Assembly (NCBI GenBank): GCA_011049175.1
Contig: DSCJ01000115.1
Coordinates: 6,402-70,401, forward strand
DNA from: Bacteroidota bacterium
GTDB lineage: Bacteria; Bacteroidota; Bacteroidia; Bacteroidales; VadinHA17
Length of the DNA stretch: 64,000 nucleotides
Reading direction: 5' to 3'
Of this stretch, positions 20,672 through 30,965 are shown piece after piece; the first letter of the stretch is position 1, and the number at the start of each line of letters is the position of its first letter. A program made the translations under genes and the position numbers. A model generated the notes under the pieces. The model made no database searches. It was not told the origin of the DNA and worked only from the letters and a program-made list of their open reading frames with translations.

Positions 20672-21715
20672 ATGGAATTTACTGCAAAAGCCCTGGCACA
20701 GTTTCTGAAAGGAGAAGTGGAAGGAGATCCGGAGGTGGTGGTGTCGGATGTCTCGAAAATTGAAGAAGGCACACCCGGAACCCTCACTTTTCTGGCCAAT
20801 CCCAAATATACCCGCTTCATTTACACTACCCGGGCATCGGTAGTGCTGGTCGACCGCCATTTCCGGCCTGAGAAAAAAATTCCGGCCACCCTCATCCGTG
20901 TTGACAATCCCTATCAGGCCATGGCCAGCCTGCTGGAGATGGCCGAGGAACAGATGAAACAGTCCCGCTCAGGTATTCACGACCTGGCTTACATACATCC
21001 CAGTGCCATAACAGGTGAAGGGATATATGCCGGACCTTTCAGTGTGGTGTCGGAAAACACACGCATTGGGAAAAATGTACAGATATTTCCTCATGTGTAT
21101 ATCGGAGAGAACTGTACCGTTGGCGATAACACCGTTCTGTATCCCGGGGTAAAAATCTACCACGGATGCCACATTGGTTCGAATTGCATCATCCATGCAG
21201 GAACCATAATCGGAAGCGACGGGTTCGGTTTTGCTCCAAAATCGGACAGCAATTACCAGAAAGTGCCCCAGATAGGCAATGTGGTTATTGAAAACGATGT
21301 GGAGATCGGGGCCAACACGGCCATTGACCGGGCCACCATGGGGTCAACCCGCATCCGCCGGGGGGTGAAGATCGACAACCTGGTGCAGATTGCCCACAAC
21401 GTGGAGATCGGCGATAATACCGTTATGGCCGGTCAGTGCGGCATTGCAGGATCCACACGCATCGGGAAAAACTGCATGCTGGGTGGCCAGGCCGGTATTG
21501 TTGGACACCTGCAGATAGCCGATCACGTGAAGATCGCAGCCCAGTCGGGGGTCACCTCCAGTATCCAAACCGAAGGCGAAGCAGTACAGGGTGCCCCTTC
21601 CTTCAATTTTACAAAATACCAGAAATCTTATGTGTTTTTCAGAAAGCTTCCGGAGCTGAATGCCCGCATAGAAGCCCTGGAGAAGGAGATCAGGGAACTG
21701 AAAAATAACCGGTAA
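20672..21715 (+). CDS. lpxD: UDP-3-O-acylglucosamine N-acyltransferase
   Basis: Hexapeptide repeats, IGSDGFGF, VEIGANTAIDR and KIDNLVQIAHNV. Confidence 0.96.
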   Translation: MEFTAKALAQFLKGEVEGDPEVVVSDVSKIEEGTPGTLTFLANPKYTRFIYTTRASVVLVDRHFRPEKKIPATLIRVDNPYQAMASLLEMAEEQMKQSRSGIHDLAYIHPSAITGEGIYAGPFSVVSENTRIGKNVQIFPHVYIGENCTVGDNTVLYPGVKIYHGCHIGSNCIIHAGTIIGSDGFGFAPKSDSNYQKVPQIGNVVIENDVEIGANTAIDRATMGSTRIRRGVKIDNLVQIAHNVEIGDNTVMAGQCGIAGSTRIGKNCMLGGQAGIVGHLQIADHVKIAAQSGVTSSIQTEGEAVQGAPSFNFTKYQKSYVFFRKLPELNARIEALEKEIRELKNNR

Positions 21716-21874
21716 AACCGGTTTCTTTCAGGTTTTCGACCAGTTATCCGGGACCAAAAATGATCTGCTCCGCTTCACTTGTTTTTCTTGCATTTCAAAA
21801 AAGTTGATTTTGGAATAACCTATTTTTTGTAACTTGCGCCCAAATTTTTTTGAATCATTCTGAATCGATATATC

Positions 21875-23290
21875 ATGCCCGAAAAACAAAAAACCCTTGC
21901 AAAATCCTTCTCCCTTAACGGAAAGGGATTACACACCGGTTTAGACGTAGAGATCACTTTTCATCCCGCTCCCCCTGATCACGGCATCCTGTTCAAACGC
22001 ACCGATCTGAAAAACAGCCCAATGGTACATGCTCTGGCCGAATATGTTACAGACACCTCCCGGGGTACCACCATTGAGGAAAACGAAGTAAAAGTCGCCA
22101 CGATCGAGCATGTTATGGCCGCCATGTACGGAATGGGGATTGACAATGTGCTGATCGAAATCAACGGACCCGAAGCTCCCATTCTTGACGGAAGCTCACA
22201 CATGTATGTTCAGTCCATAGAAAAGGCAGGTATCACCGACCAGGATGCCCCGAAAAACCATTATGTGGTTAAAGAAAAGATCGTTTATTCCAATGAAGAA
22301 CAGGGTGTCGATCTGATCGTATACCCCGATGACCACCTGAGCATCAATGTGCTGATAGATTACAACTCCAAAATCCTGGGCAATCAGTATGCCGTGCTGA
22401 ACCAGCTGTCGGAATTCCCCAGGGAAGTGTCGATGTGCCGCACCTTTGTATTTTTCCACGAACTGGAGATGCTGGCCAAGCACAACCTGATCAAGGGAGG
22501 CGACCTGGACAATGCCATCATTATTCTTGAACGCAGCGTATCCCAGGAAGAACTCGACCGGGTGGCCGACCTTTTCAACAAACCGCATATCAAAGTGAAG
22601 CCCGAAGGGGTGCTGAACAATATCGACCTGCATTTCAGCAATGAGCCCGCCAGGCACAAATTGCTGGATATTATCGGCGACCTTGCCCTGGTGGGCCAGC
22701 CTATCAAGGGTAAAATCGTGGCCACCCGGCCCGGGCACTATGCCAATACCCAGCTGGCCAGAAGGATCCGGCAGGAGATCAAAAAAGAAAAATCCAAACT
22801 ACAGATCCCGAAGTACGACCCCAATACCCCGCCTGTATTCGATATCAACCAGATCAGGCAGATCCTGCCGCACCGCCCCCCCTTCCTGCTGGTCGACAAA
22901 ATCATCCAGATGGATGAGAACTCCGTGGTGGGGCTGAAAAATGTGACAATGAACGAAGGATACTTCGTGGGGCATTTCCCGGTCGAACCCATTATGCCGG
23001 GTGTGCTCCAGGTAGAAGCCATGGCACAGGTAGGGGGAATGCTCGTGCTGAATTCCGTTCCCGACCCCTGGAACTATTCCACCTATTTCCTCAAAATCGA
23101 TAAGGTAAAGTTCAAGGATAAAGTGATCCCGGGCGACACCATTCTTTTTAAGCTCGAGCTGACCGAACCCATCCGCAGGGGCATTGTGCAAATGTATGGT
23201 CAGGCCTTTGTGGGCGACAGGCTGGTGATGGAAGGAGAATTAACAGCACAAATATTAAAAGATAAGAACAATGAGCCACCCGTTGAGTAA
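21875..23290 (+). CDS. lpxC: Bifunctional LpxC/FabZ
   Basis: LpxC motifs GKGLHTG, TIEH and HKLLDIIGD, followed by FabZ motifs LPHRPPFLLVD and GHFP-IMPGVLQVEAMAQ. Confidence 0.96.
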   Translation: MPEKQKTLAKSFSLNGKGLHTGLDVEITFHPAPPDHGILFKRTDLKNSPMVHALAEYVTDTSRGTTIEENEVKVATIEHVMAAMYGMGIDNVLIEINGPEAPILDGSSHMYVQSIEKAGITDQDAPKNHYVVKEKIVYSNEEQGVDLIVYPDDHLSINVLIDYNSKILGNQYAVLNQLSEFPREVSMCRTFVFFHELEMLAKHNLIKGGDLDNAIIILERSVSQEELDRVADLFNKPHIKVKPEGVLNNIDLHFSNEPARHKLLDIIGDLALVGQPIKGKIVATRPGHYANTQLARRIRQEIKKEKSKLQIPKYDPNTPPVFDINQIRQILPHRPPFLLVDKIIQMDENSVVGLKNVTMNEGYFVGHFPVEPIMPGVLQVEAMAQVGGMLVLNSVPDPWNYSTYFLKIDKVKFKDKVIPGDTILFKLELTEPIRRGIVQMYGQAFVGDRLVMEGELTAQILKDKNNEPPVE

Positions 23291-24068
23291 TGTTCATCCC
23301 GATGCTCAGATAGGTAAAAACGTAACCATCAGTCCCTTTGTCACCATTTATCCCGATGTGAAGATCGGCGACAATACCTGGATCGGACCCAATGTCACCA
23401 TCATGGACGGCGCCAAGATAGGAGAGAACTGCAAGATCTTCCCCGGAGCTGTGATTTCGGCCATTCCGCAGGACCTGAAATACCAGGGAGAAGAATCCAC
23501 CGTAGAGATCGGCAACCATACCACCGTTCGTGAATGTGTTACCATCAACCGGGGAACCAAAGCCGTGGGAACCACCCGCGTGGGCGATCACTGCCTGCTG
23601 ATGGCCTATGTACACATTGCCCACGACTGCATTGTGGGAAACAACTGTATCCTGGTCAACAATGTGGGGCTGGCAGGGGAGATCCAGCTGGGAGATTTCG
23701 TAACCCTGGGCGGGGCCACCATTGTGCACCAGTTTGTGAGAATCGGCGAACATGCCTTTGTGGGCGGAGGATCGAAAGTAAGAATCGATGTCCCTCCCTT
23801 TATCAAAGCCGACAGGGAGCCTCTTTCCTATATGGGGGTTAATTCGGTGGGACTGAAACGACGGGGATTCTCCCAGGAGTGCATCAATGAGATCCAAGAA
23901 ATATACCGCACCATATATCTGCGGGGAATGAACAACACGCAGGCCCTGGAAGTGATCGAAAAAGAGTTTGCCCCCGGCCCGGAACGGGATGCCATCATTT
24001 CCTTCATCCGCGAATCGAAAAGAGGAATCATCCGGGGCTACCACCGGGTCATCAACACCACTACCTGA
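23271..24068 (+). CDS. lpxA: UDP-N-acetylglucosamine O-acyltransferase
   Basis: PQDLKY, VTINRGT, HIAHDC, VHQF and NSVGLKRRGF. Confidence 0.96.
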   Translation: MSHPLSNVHPDAQIGKNVTISPFVTIYPDVKIGDNTWIGPNVTIMDGAKIGENCKIFPGAVISAIPQDLKYQGEESTVEIGNHTTVRECVTINRGTKAVGTTRVGDHCLLMAYVHIAHDCIVGNNCILVNNVGLAGEIQLGDFVTLGGATIVHQFVRIGEHAFVGGGSKVRIDVPPFIKADREPLSYMGVNSVGLKRRGFSQECINEIQEIYRTIYLRGMNNTQALEVIEKEFAPGPERDAIISFIRESKRGIIRGYHRVINTTT

Positions 24069-25110
24069 TCTGGTTCCAGCCCTGGGCAGTTAGAGGCACC
24101 CGGTTACCGCCCGAGGTAATCAGCCATTTTTCATCCTTTTCGGAAATGATCTCCCCCAGTACAGTAATACCGGGAACTCCGATAATCTTTTCCCCCTGGG
24201 CGCCAGGCAAAGTGAACAACAGTTCATAGTCTTCTCCCCCGTTCAATGCCACCGTTTCCGGCTCCATGGAAAATTCTTCAGCCACTTTCCTGGCTTCGTC
24301 ATGCACCGGGATACGGTCGACGTACAGCCTGCACCCGACCTCCGATCGATGGCAGATATGCAGCAGATCGCTCGAAAGGCCGTCGGAAATATCGATCATG
24401 GCATTGGGCACCAGTTTCTCTTTCCTGAAAAATTCCACCACATCGCGCCGGGCTTCCGGCCTGAGCTGCCGTTGCAGAACATAGTCGTATCCCTCCAGTT
24501 TGGGCTGTACCGAGCGGTCGGCTTCATACAGTCTCTTCTCCCTTTCCAGCACCTGCAATCCCAGGTAAGCCGCTCCCATATCGCCCGAAACACAGATCAG
24601 ATCGCCCGGCCGGGCCCCGCTGCGGTATACCAGCTTTTCGGGCTCCGATTCCCCTACGGCGGTAACACTAATGATCAGCCCGGTCATCGAGGCCGAAACA
24701 TCCCCTCCCACCAAATCCACTCCGTACTGCTCACACGCCAGCTTCACTCCCTCGTACAGTTCTTCCATATCCTCAACGAAAAATTTTCCCGAAATGCCCA
24801 GGGATACCGTGACCTGCCCCGGAACGGCATTCATAGCATACACATCAGAAAGATTGACCACCACCGCCTTGTATCCCAGATGCTTCAGGGGTGTGTATAC
24901 CAGATTGAAATGAATGCCTTCCAGCAAAAGGTCGGTGGTAACCACCGTGTGCCGGTGGCCGTGCCGGATAACAGCCGCATCATCCCCCACACCTTTCACT
25001 GTGGACGAATGGTTTGTTCCGGCCCATCGGGTCAGGTGTTCAATCAGCCTGAATTCCCCCAGCGAGGATATGGGGGTCTTTTTACCGTTCTCTGGTCTCA
25101 TACGGTACAT
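24061..25110 (-). CDS. thiL: Thiamine-monophosphate kinase
   Basis: GVGDDAAV, NLSDVYAM, VGGD, MIDISDGL and GGEDYELLFT. Start may be at 25101. Confidence 0.95.
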   Translation of the reverse strand: MYRMRPENGKKTPISSLGEFRLIEHLTRWAGTNHSSTVKGVGDDAAVIRHGHRHTVVTTDLLLEGIHFNLVYTPLKHLGYKAVVVNLSDVYAMNAVPGQVTVSLGISGKFFVEDMEELYEGVKLACEQYGVDLVGGDVSASMTGLIISVTAVGESEPEKLVYRSGARPGDLICVSGDMGAAYLGLQVLEREKRLYEADRSVQPKLEGYDYVLQRQLRPEARRDVVEFFRKEKLVPNAMIDISDGLSSDLLHICHRSEVGCRLYVDRIPVHDEARKVAEEFSMEPETVALNGGEDYELLFTLPGAQGEKIIGVPGITVLGEIISEKDEKWLITSGGNRVPLTAQGWNQIR

Positions 25111-25171
25111 TTTACGGGTACTGGCAACAAGATTTCGAAAACAAAGATTTCAAAAAATATATCAGAATTCG

Positions 25172-25205
25172 TATCTTTGTCCTTATTTAGATTAATTTTA
25201 ATTAA
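25172..25205 (+). promoter_or_regulatory. suf promoter (-7 box) with adjacent Fur-like imperfect palindrome
   Basis: TATCTTTG at 25172-25179, followed by TTATTTAGATTAATTTTAATTAA at 25183-25205. Confidence 0.6.
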
Positions 25206-25240
25206 GTACGCCCACAGGCAATTTTCTAGCAGGCAAAAAT

Positions 25241-26689
25241 ATGGAAAAAGAACAGGATAAACTATTGCGGGAAGTCACCACCGGGGAGTACAAGTACGGT
25301 TTCTACACCGATATTGAGATGGATACCATTCCTCCGGGCCTGTCGGAAGAAGTGATCAGAAAGATCTCCCTGTTGAAAGGGGAACCCGGGTTTATGCTCG
25401 ATTTCAGGCTAAAGGCTTTCAGGCACTGGCAGAAAATGAAGATGCCCCGCTGGGCGCATTTGAAGATACCGGAAATTGATTTTGACCGCATCGTATACTA
25501 TGCTGCACCCAGAAAGAAGGAAGGCCTTTCCAGCCTGGATGAGGTGGACCCCGAACTGCTGGAAACATTCAACAAGCTGGGTATTCCGCTCGACGAGCAG
25601 AAACACCTCACCGGCGTGGCGGTGGATGCGGTAATGGATAGCGTATCGGTCAAGACCACCTTCCGGGAAACCCTGGCGGAGCTGGGTATCATATTCTGCT
25701 CCTTCAGCGATGCCGTCCGCGAACACCCCGACCTGGTAAAAAAGTACATGGGCAGTGTGGTCCCCTATTCCGACAATTTCTTTGCCGCCCTGAACTCGGC
25801 CGTTTTCAGCGACGGTTCTTTCTGTTACATTCCGAAAGGAGTCAGGTGCCCCATGGAACTGTCAACCTACTTCCGTATCAATGCGGCCAATACAGGACAG
25901 TTCGAGCGAACCCTGATCGTTGCCGAAGAAGATAGCTATGTGAGTTATCTGGAAGGCTGTACAGCCCCCATGCGCGACGAGAACCAGCTTCATGCAGCCA
26001 TTGTGGAGATCGTGGCTATGAAAGGAGCCGAAGTGAAATATTCCACGGTACAGAACTGGTATCCAGGCGACAAACAGGGCCAGGGCGGAATCTATAATTT
26101 CGTGACCAAACGGGGGATTTGCCGGGGCGAACGGTCGAAAATCTCATGGACCCAGGTGGAAACCGGTTCGGCCATTACCTGGAAATACCCCAGCTGCATC
26201 CTGCAGGGCGACCATTCCGTGGGAGAATTCTACTCGGTAGCTGTAACCAACCATTTCCAGCAGGCCGATACCGGAACCAAAATGATCCATATCGGCAAGA
26301 ACACGAAATCCACCGTGGTCTCCAAGGGAATTTCCGCCGGAAGAAGCAACAACAGCTACCGCGGACTGGTCAAAGTGCTGAAAAACGCACAGAACGCCCG
26401 GAATTTTTCCCAGTGCGATTCGCTGCTGTTAGGCGACCGGTGCGGAGCCCATACCTTCCCCTACCTGGAAGTGGACAATCAATCGGCCATTGTTGAGCAC
26501 GAAGCCACCACTTCTAAAATTGGCGAAGACCAAATCTTCTACTGCAATCAGCGGGGAATCTCCACCGAAGATGCCATCGGACTAATTGTGAACGGATATG
26601 CCCGGGAAGTGATCAACAAATTGCCCATGGAATTCGCCGTGGAGGCACAAAAACTGCTCCAGATCAGCCTGGAAGGAAGTGTAGGCTGA
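25241..26689 (+). CDS. sufB: Fe-S assembly protein SufB
   Basis: [29 protein letters not shown] and EHEATTS. Confidence 0.97.
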   Translation: MEKEQDKLLREVTTGEYKYGFYTDIEMDTIPPGLSEEVIRKISLLKGEPGFMLDFRLKAFRHWQKMKMPRWAHLKIPEIDFDRIVYYAAPRKKEGLSSLDEVDPELLETFNKLGIPLDEQKHLTGVAVDAVMDSVSVKTTFRETLAELGIIFCSFSDAVREHPDLVKKYMGSVVPYSDNFFAALNSAVFSDGSFCYIPKGVRCPMELSTYFRINAANTGQFERTLIVAEEDSYVSYLEGCTAPMRDENQLHAAIVEIVAMKGAEVKYSTVQNWYPGDKQGQGGIYNFVTKRGICRGERSKISWTQVETGSAITWKYPSCILQGDHSVGEFYSVAVTNHFQQADTGTKMIHIGKNTKSTVVSKGISAGRSNNSYRGLVKVLKNAQNARNFSQCDSLLLGDRCGAHTFPYLEVDNQSAIVEHEATTSKIGEDQIFYCNQRGISTEDAIGLIVNGYAREVINKLPMEFAVEAQKLLQISLEGSVG

Positions 26690-26781
26690 TGAATTTATTA
26701 TTATTTAATTAGATTTGAATATTATTTATTTTAATTTTAATTATATTAACATTATTTTGAATTTTATCAATCCGAAAATAC

Positions 26782-27543
26782 ATGTTAAGCATTCAGAATC
26801 TTCATGTGTCCATTGAGGGAAAGCCCATCCTGAAAGGAATCAGCCTGGAGGTAAAGCCCGGCGAGATCCATGCTATTATGGGGCCCAACGGGTCGGGGAA
26901 AAGCACCCTGGCGGCCGTACTGGCCGGACGGGACCTGTTTGAAGTAACCGAGGGAAAGATCATGTACATGGGAAAGAACCTGATGGACATGGCCCCGGAA
27001 GAACGGGCCAGGGAGGGCATATTCCTCGGATTCCAGTATCCGGTGGAAATACCCGGCGTGAGCATGGTCAATTTCATGAAAACCGCTGTGAATGAACAGC
27101 GCAAATACCGGGGAGAAGAATCGCTTTCGGCATCCGATTTCCTGAAATTCATGCGCGAGAAGAAAGACCTGGTGGAGTTCGATTCCCAGCTTACGAACCG
27201 CTCGGTAAACGAAGGCTTTTCAGGTGGTGAGAAGAAAAAAAATGAAATCTTCCAGATGGCTATGCTCAATCCCCGCCTGTCAATCCTCGACGAAACCGAT
27301 TCGGGCCTGGATATCGACGCCCTCCGCATCGTAGCCAGGGGAGTGAACAAGCTCAGGAACAAGGAAAATGCCACCATCGTGATCACACACTACCAGAGAT
27401 TGCTGGATTATATCATCCCCGATTACGTGCATGTGCTGTACGACGGTAAAATTGTCCGGTCCAGCGGAAAAGAACTGGCCATGGAACTGGAAGAAAAAGG
27501 ATACGACTGGATCAGGCAGGAATATGCCGGTAACGGGAAATAA
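26782..27543 (+). CDS. sufC: Fe-S assembly ATPase SufC
   Basis: GPNGSGKST, FQYPVEIPGV, FSGGEKK, DETDSGLDID and ITHYQR. Confidence 0.97.
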   Translation: MLSIQNLHVSIEGKPILKGISLEVKPGEIHAIMGPNGSGKSTLAAVLAGRDLFEVTEGKIMYMGKNLMDMAPEERAREGIFLGFQYPVEIPGVSMVNFMKTAVNEQRKYRGEESLSASDFLKFMREKKDLVEFDSQLTNRSVNEGFSGGEKKKNEIFQMAMLNPRLSILDETDSGLDIDALRIVARGVNKLRNKENATIVITHYQRLLDYIIPDYVHVLYDGKIVRSSGKELAMELEEKGYDWIRQEYAGNGK

Positions 27544-27554
27544 CGCAGTACCCT

Positions 27555-28934
27555 ATGAATACCACAACACAGAATCAGGAGACGGAGAAACTGTTCCGGG
27601 AATCGTTCACAAAAAACCGGGATACCATCGAGCGGTTTTCGGCCGGACTGATGAACGGGCGGAGGCAAGAAGCCCTGGAGCATTTTATGCAGCTAGGTAT
27701 TCCGGGGAAGAAAACGGAAAGCTACAAATACACCGATATGCCCGGGCTCTTCAACCCCATGCTGCACATGAACCTGCAACCGAACCATGTGCACATGGAT
27801 GTGAAAGAAATATTCCAGTGCGACGTGCCCAAGCTCGATACCCACATGATCTTTCTGGTAAACGGCTTCCTGCCCCCCAACAGCCCCCCCCTGGAAGAGC
27901 TGGAAGGAAAAGCGCTGGTGGGCAGCCTCGCCGAAGCAGCCCGCCGGTACCCCGAATTGCTTGAAAAACATTACGACCGGTACACTTCCCTCAATCCCGA
28001 AGGCCTGGTAAGCCTGAATACTGCCTTCGCGCAGGACGGGCTCTTTCTCTATATCCCCAACGGAACGGAACTTGAACGGCCTGTTCAGGTGGTCAACATG
28101 TCGGTATGGGAAGACAATCTCATGATCCAGCAGCGAAACCTGTTCATTGTGGGTAAAAACAGTGCCGCCAGCCTTATTATCTGCGACCATACGCTGGCCC
28201 CCTGGCGGTTCCTGAACAACGCCGTAACAGAAATTTTCCTCGATAAACAGGCCCGCTTCGACCTGTCACGGATACAGAACGAAAACAACAGTTCCCAGCA
28301 TATTTCCCATACTTTTGCCCGGCAGGAAACGGCAAGTACCTTGACCTCCAATACCATTACCCTGCACGGGGGCCTGGTCAGGAATAACTTCTATGCCCTG
28401 CTGAACGGGGAGCACGCCGAAAACAACACCTACGGCCTTTACCTGTCCGACCGCCATCAGCATATAGATAATTTCTCATTCATTGATCACGCGGCTCCAC
28501 ACTGCACCAGCAACCAGTTGTTCAAGGGAGTGCTCGACGATCAGGCCACCGGGGCTTTTACCGGACGCATCCTGGTAAGGCAGGATGCACAGAAAACCCT
28601 GGCCTACCAGTCGAACAACAACATCCTGCTTACCGACGAGGCCCGGATGCATTCCAAGCCCCAGCTGGAAATATATGCCGACGATGTAAAATGCAGCCAC
28701 GGAGCCACTGTTGGGCAGCTCGACCCGGCTGCCCTGTTCTACCTGCGGTCGAGGGGCATCAACTACCGCGAGGCACGGCTGATGCTGATGTATGCATTTG
28801 CACACGATATCATTTCCCACATTGCCGTACCTCCCTTTCGCGAACGCATTGACGATCTGGTGGATAAAAGGCTCAGGGGTGAACTCAGCCGATGCAATGC
28901 CTGTCACATCAATTGCGGAAAATTAAACTACTGA
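27555..28934 (+). CDS. sufD: Fe-S assembly protein SufD
   Basis: YKYTD, KPQLEIYADDVKCSHGATVGQ and FYLRSRGI. Confidence 0.95.
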   Translation: MNTTTQNQETEKLFRESFTKNRDTIERFSAGLMNGRRQEALEHFMQLGIPGKKTESYKYTDMPGLFNPMLHMNLQPNHVHMDVKEIFQCDVPKLDTHMIFLVNGFLPPNSPPLEELEGKALVGSLAEAARRYPELLEKHYDRYTSLNPEGLVSLNTAFAQDGLFLYIPNGTELERPVQVVNMSVWEDNLMIQQRNLFIVGKNSAASLIICDHTLAPWRFLNNAVTEIFLDKQARFDLSRIQNENNSSQHISHTFARQETASTLTSNTITLHGGLVRNNFYALLNGEHAENNTYGLYLSDRHQHIDNFSFIDHAAPHCTSNQLFKGVLDDQATGAFTGRILVRQDAQKTLAYQSNNNILLTDEARMHSKPQLEIYADDVKCSHGATVGQLDPAALFYLRSRGINYREARLMLMYAFAHDIISHIAVPPFRERIDDLVDKRLRGELSRCNACHINCGKLNY

Positions 28935-28939
28935 TAACC

Positions 28940-30172
28940 GTGCCCAAAGCATCTTATCCCAATCTGAAATCCATTAGAGAAGATTTCCCCATCCTGCACC
29001 GAAAGGTACACGGGAAACCCCTGATCTATTTCGACAACGGGGCCACAACCCAGAAACCCCGGTTGGTTATCGAAACCATGAACAGAATATACGAGCAGGA
29101 AAACAGCAGCATCCACCGGGGAGTGCATTACCTCAGCGACCGGATGACCGAAGCCTATGAGGAAGCCCGTAACTCAGTCAGGAAGTTCATCGGAGCCGCC
29201 GCCTCGCATGAAATCGTCTTTACCAGCGGAACCACCGGTTCCATCAATGCCGTAGCCACCTCTTTCGGTGAAAAATATGTGGGCCCGGGCGACGAGGTGC
29301 TGGTTACCGTAATGGAACACCATGCCAACCTGGTCCCCTGGCAGATGCTGTGTGAACGAAAGGGCGCCCGCCTGCGGGCCATCCCCATGAATGACCGGGG
29401 CGAGCTTATGCTCGACCAACTGGACAGCCTCCTGACCGGGAGAACACGTATGCTGGCCGTTACCCACGTATCCAATGCCCTGGGAACCATCAATCCGGTA
29501 AAAAACATCGTGGCCAGGGCACACGAAAGGAATATCCCCGTGCTTGTGGATGGGGCACAGGCCGTCCAGCACCTGGCTGTGGATGTAACCGAACTGGACT
29601 GTGATTTTTATGTGTTTTCAGGCCATAAGGTCTACGGCCCCACCGGTATCGGCATCCTGTACGGGAAGGAAAAATGGCTGGAAGACCTTCCCCCGTATCA
29701 ATACGGAGGCGACATGGTTGACCAGGTCAGTCTGGAAAAAACCACCTTCAACGAGCTGCCGCTGAAATTCGAGGCGGGCACCACAAACTATGTCGGTGCC
29801 ATTGGCATGGGTAAAGCCCTGGAATACCTGCAGGGCATCGGGCTGGAGGACATTGCGGCCCACGAACACCACCTGGTGGACTATGCCACACACAACCTCA
29901 GTCAGGTGCCGGGTGTACGCATATACGGAATGGCCAGCCAAAGGATCGCCACCTTTTCCATCCTGCTGGAGAACACCCACCCGTACGATGTGGGGATGAT
30001 CCTCGACAAGCTGGGGATTGCCGTGCGAACGGGAACCCACTGCGCCCAGCCGGTAATGCAGCATTTCGGCATTGAAGGAACCCTCCGGGCCTCCCTGGCT
30101 ATGTACAATACACCGGAAGAGATCGACCGTTTCGTAACAGAACTCCAAACCGCTAAATCAATGCTGACATAA
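28940..30172 (+). CDS. sufS: Cysteine desulfurase SufS
   Basis: YFDNGATTQKP, EHHANLVPWQ, FSGHKVYGPTG and RTGTHCAQP. GTG at 28940 is the likely start. Confidence 0.95.
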   Translation: MPKASYPNLKSIREDFPILHRKVHGKPLIYFDNGATTQKPRLVIETMNRIYEQENSSIHRGVHYLSDRMTEAYEEARNSVRKFIGAAASHEIVFTSGTTGSINAVATSFGEKYVGPGDEVLVTVMEHHANLVPWQMLCERKGARLRAIPMNDRGELMLDQLDSLLTGRTRMLAVTHVSNALGTINPVKNIVARAHERNIPVLVDGAQAVQHLAVDVTELDCDFYVFSGHKVYGPTGIGILYGKEKWLEDLPPYQYGGDMVDQVSLEKTTFNELPLKFEAGTTNYVGAIGMGKALEYLQGIGLEDIAAHEHHLVDYATHNLSQVPGVRIYGMASQRIATFSILLENTHPYDVGMILDKLGIAVRTGTHCAQPVMQHFGIEGTLRASLAMYNTPEEIDRFVTELQTAKSMLT

Positions 30173-30174
30173 CC

Positions 30175-30612
30175 ATGGAAACAAAACCCATACGGCAGGT
30201 ACAGGAAGAAATCGTGGATGAGTTTTCAGTTTTCGACAACTGGATGGACAAATACAACTACCTGATCGAACTGAGCCGCGATCTTCCCGCCATCGATGCA
30301 AAGCACAAAACCGAAGAGCACCTGATCAAAGGCTGCCAGTCGAAGGTATGGCTCAGGGCCGAATGGGACAACGGAAAGATCCATTTCACGGCCGACAGCG
30401 ACGCTATCATTACCCGGGGCTTGATCGCCTTGCTGATCAGGGTCTTCTCCAACCGTACTCCGGAAGAGATCATGGAGGCCGATCTGGAATTCATCGACCA
30501 GATCGGGCTCCGGGAGAATCTTTCCCCCACCCGGTCGAACGGACTCCTTGCCATGCTCAAACAGATGAAACTGTATGCAGTGGCCTTTGATGCGGCCAAA
30601 AACAAAGAATAA
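30175..30612 (+). CDS. sufE: Sulfur acceptor SufE
   Basis: IKGCQSKVW, DSDAIITRG and LSPTRSNGL. Confidence 0.95.
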   Translation: METKPIRQVQEEIVDEFSVFDNWMDKYNYLIELSRDLPAIDAKHKTEEHLIKGCQSKVWLRAEWDNGKIHFTADSDAIITRGLIALLIRVFSNRTPEEIMEADLEFIDQIGLRENLSPTRSNGLLAMLKQMKLYAVAFDAAKNKE

Positions 30613-30935
30613 TGGAACAGCACGACCAGCGATATGAATTAGAAAGCGAGATCGTTAACAGGCTGAAATATGTGTACGATCCCGAAATCCCCGTCAATGT
30701 GTATGACCTGGGACTGATATACGATGTGGAACTGACCGACGAGCTGGATGTAAAGATCCGCATGACCCTGACGGCACCCAACTGCCCCATGGCCGACGAG
30801 CTGATCAGGGAAATTCATGAAACCGTCAGTACGGTGAAAGGGGTTCGTGAGGTGGAAATCAACCTGGTGTTCGATCCTCCGTGGGATAAAGACATGATGT
30901 CGGATGAAGCCCGCCTGGAACTCGGGCTGCTCTGA
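30612..30935 (+). CDS. sufT: DUF59/SufT Fe-S maturation protein
   Basis: DPEIPVNVYDLGLIY, MTLTAPNCP and FDPPW. Confidence 0.9.
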   Translation: MEQHDQRYELESEIVNRLKYVYDPEIPVNVYDLGLIYDVELTDELDVKIRMTLTAPNCPMADELIREIHETVSTVKGVREVEINLVFDPPWDKDMMSDEARLELGLL

Positions 30936-30965
30936 CACCCGGAGCTTTTCATTTTTTCTTCCCCT

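Noticed and set aside
21875-23290. LpxC-FabZ fusion as a novelty
   Set aside because: The fusion is standard in Bacteroidota.
25111-25240. TPP riboswitch upstream of thiL
   Set aside because: No CTGAGA core or aptamer fold is visible; the region is a short divergent promoter.
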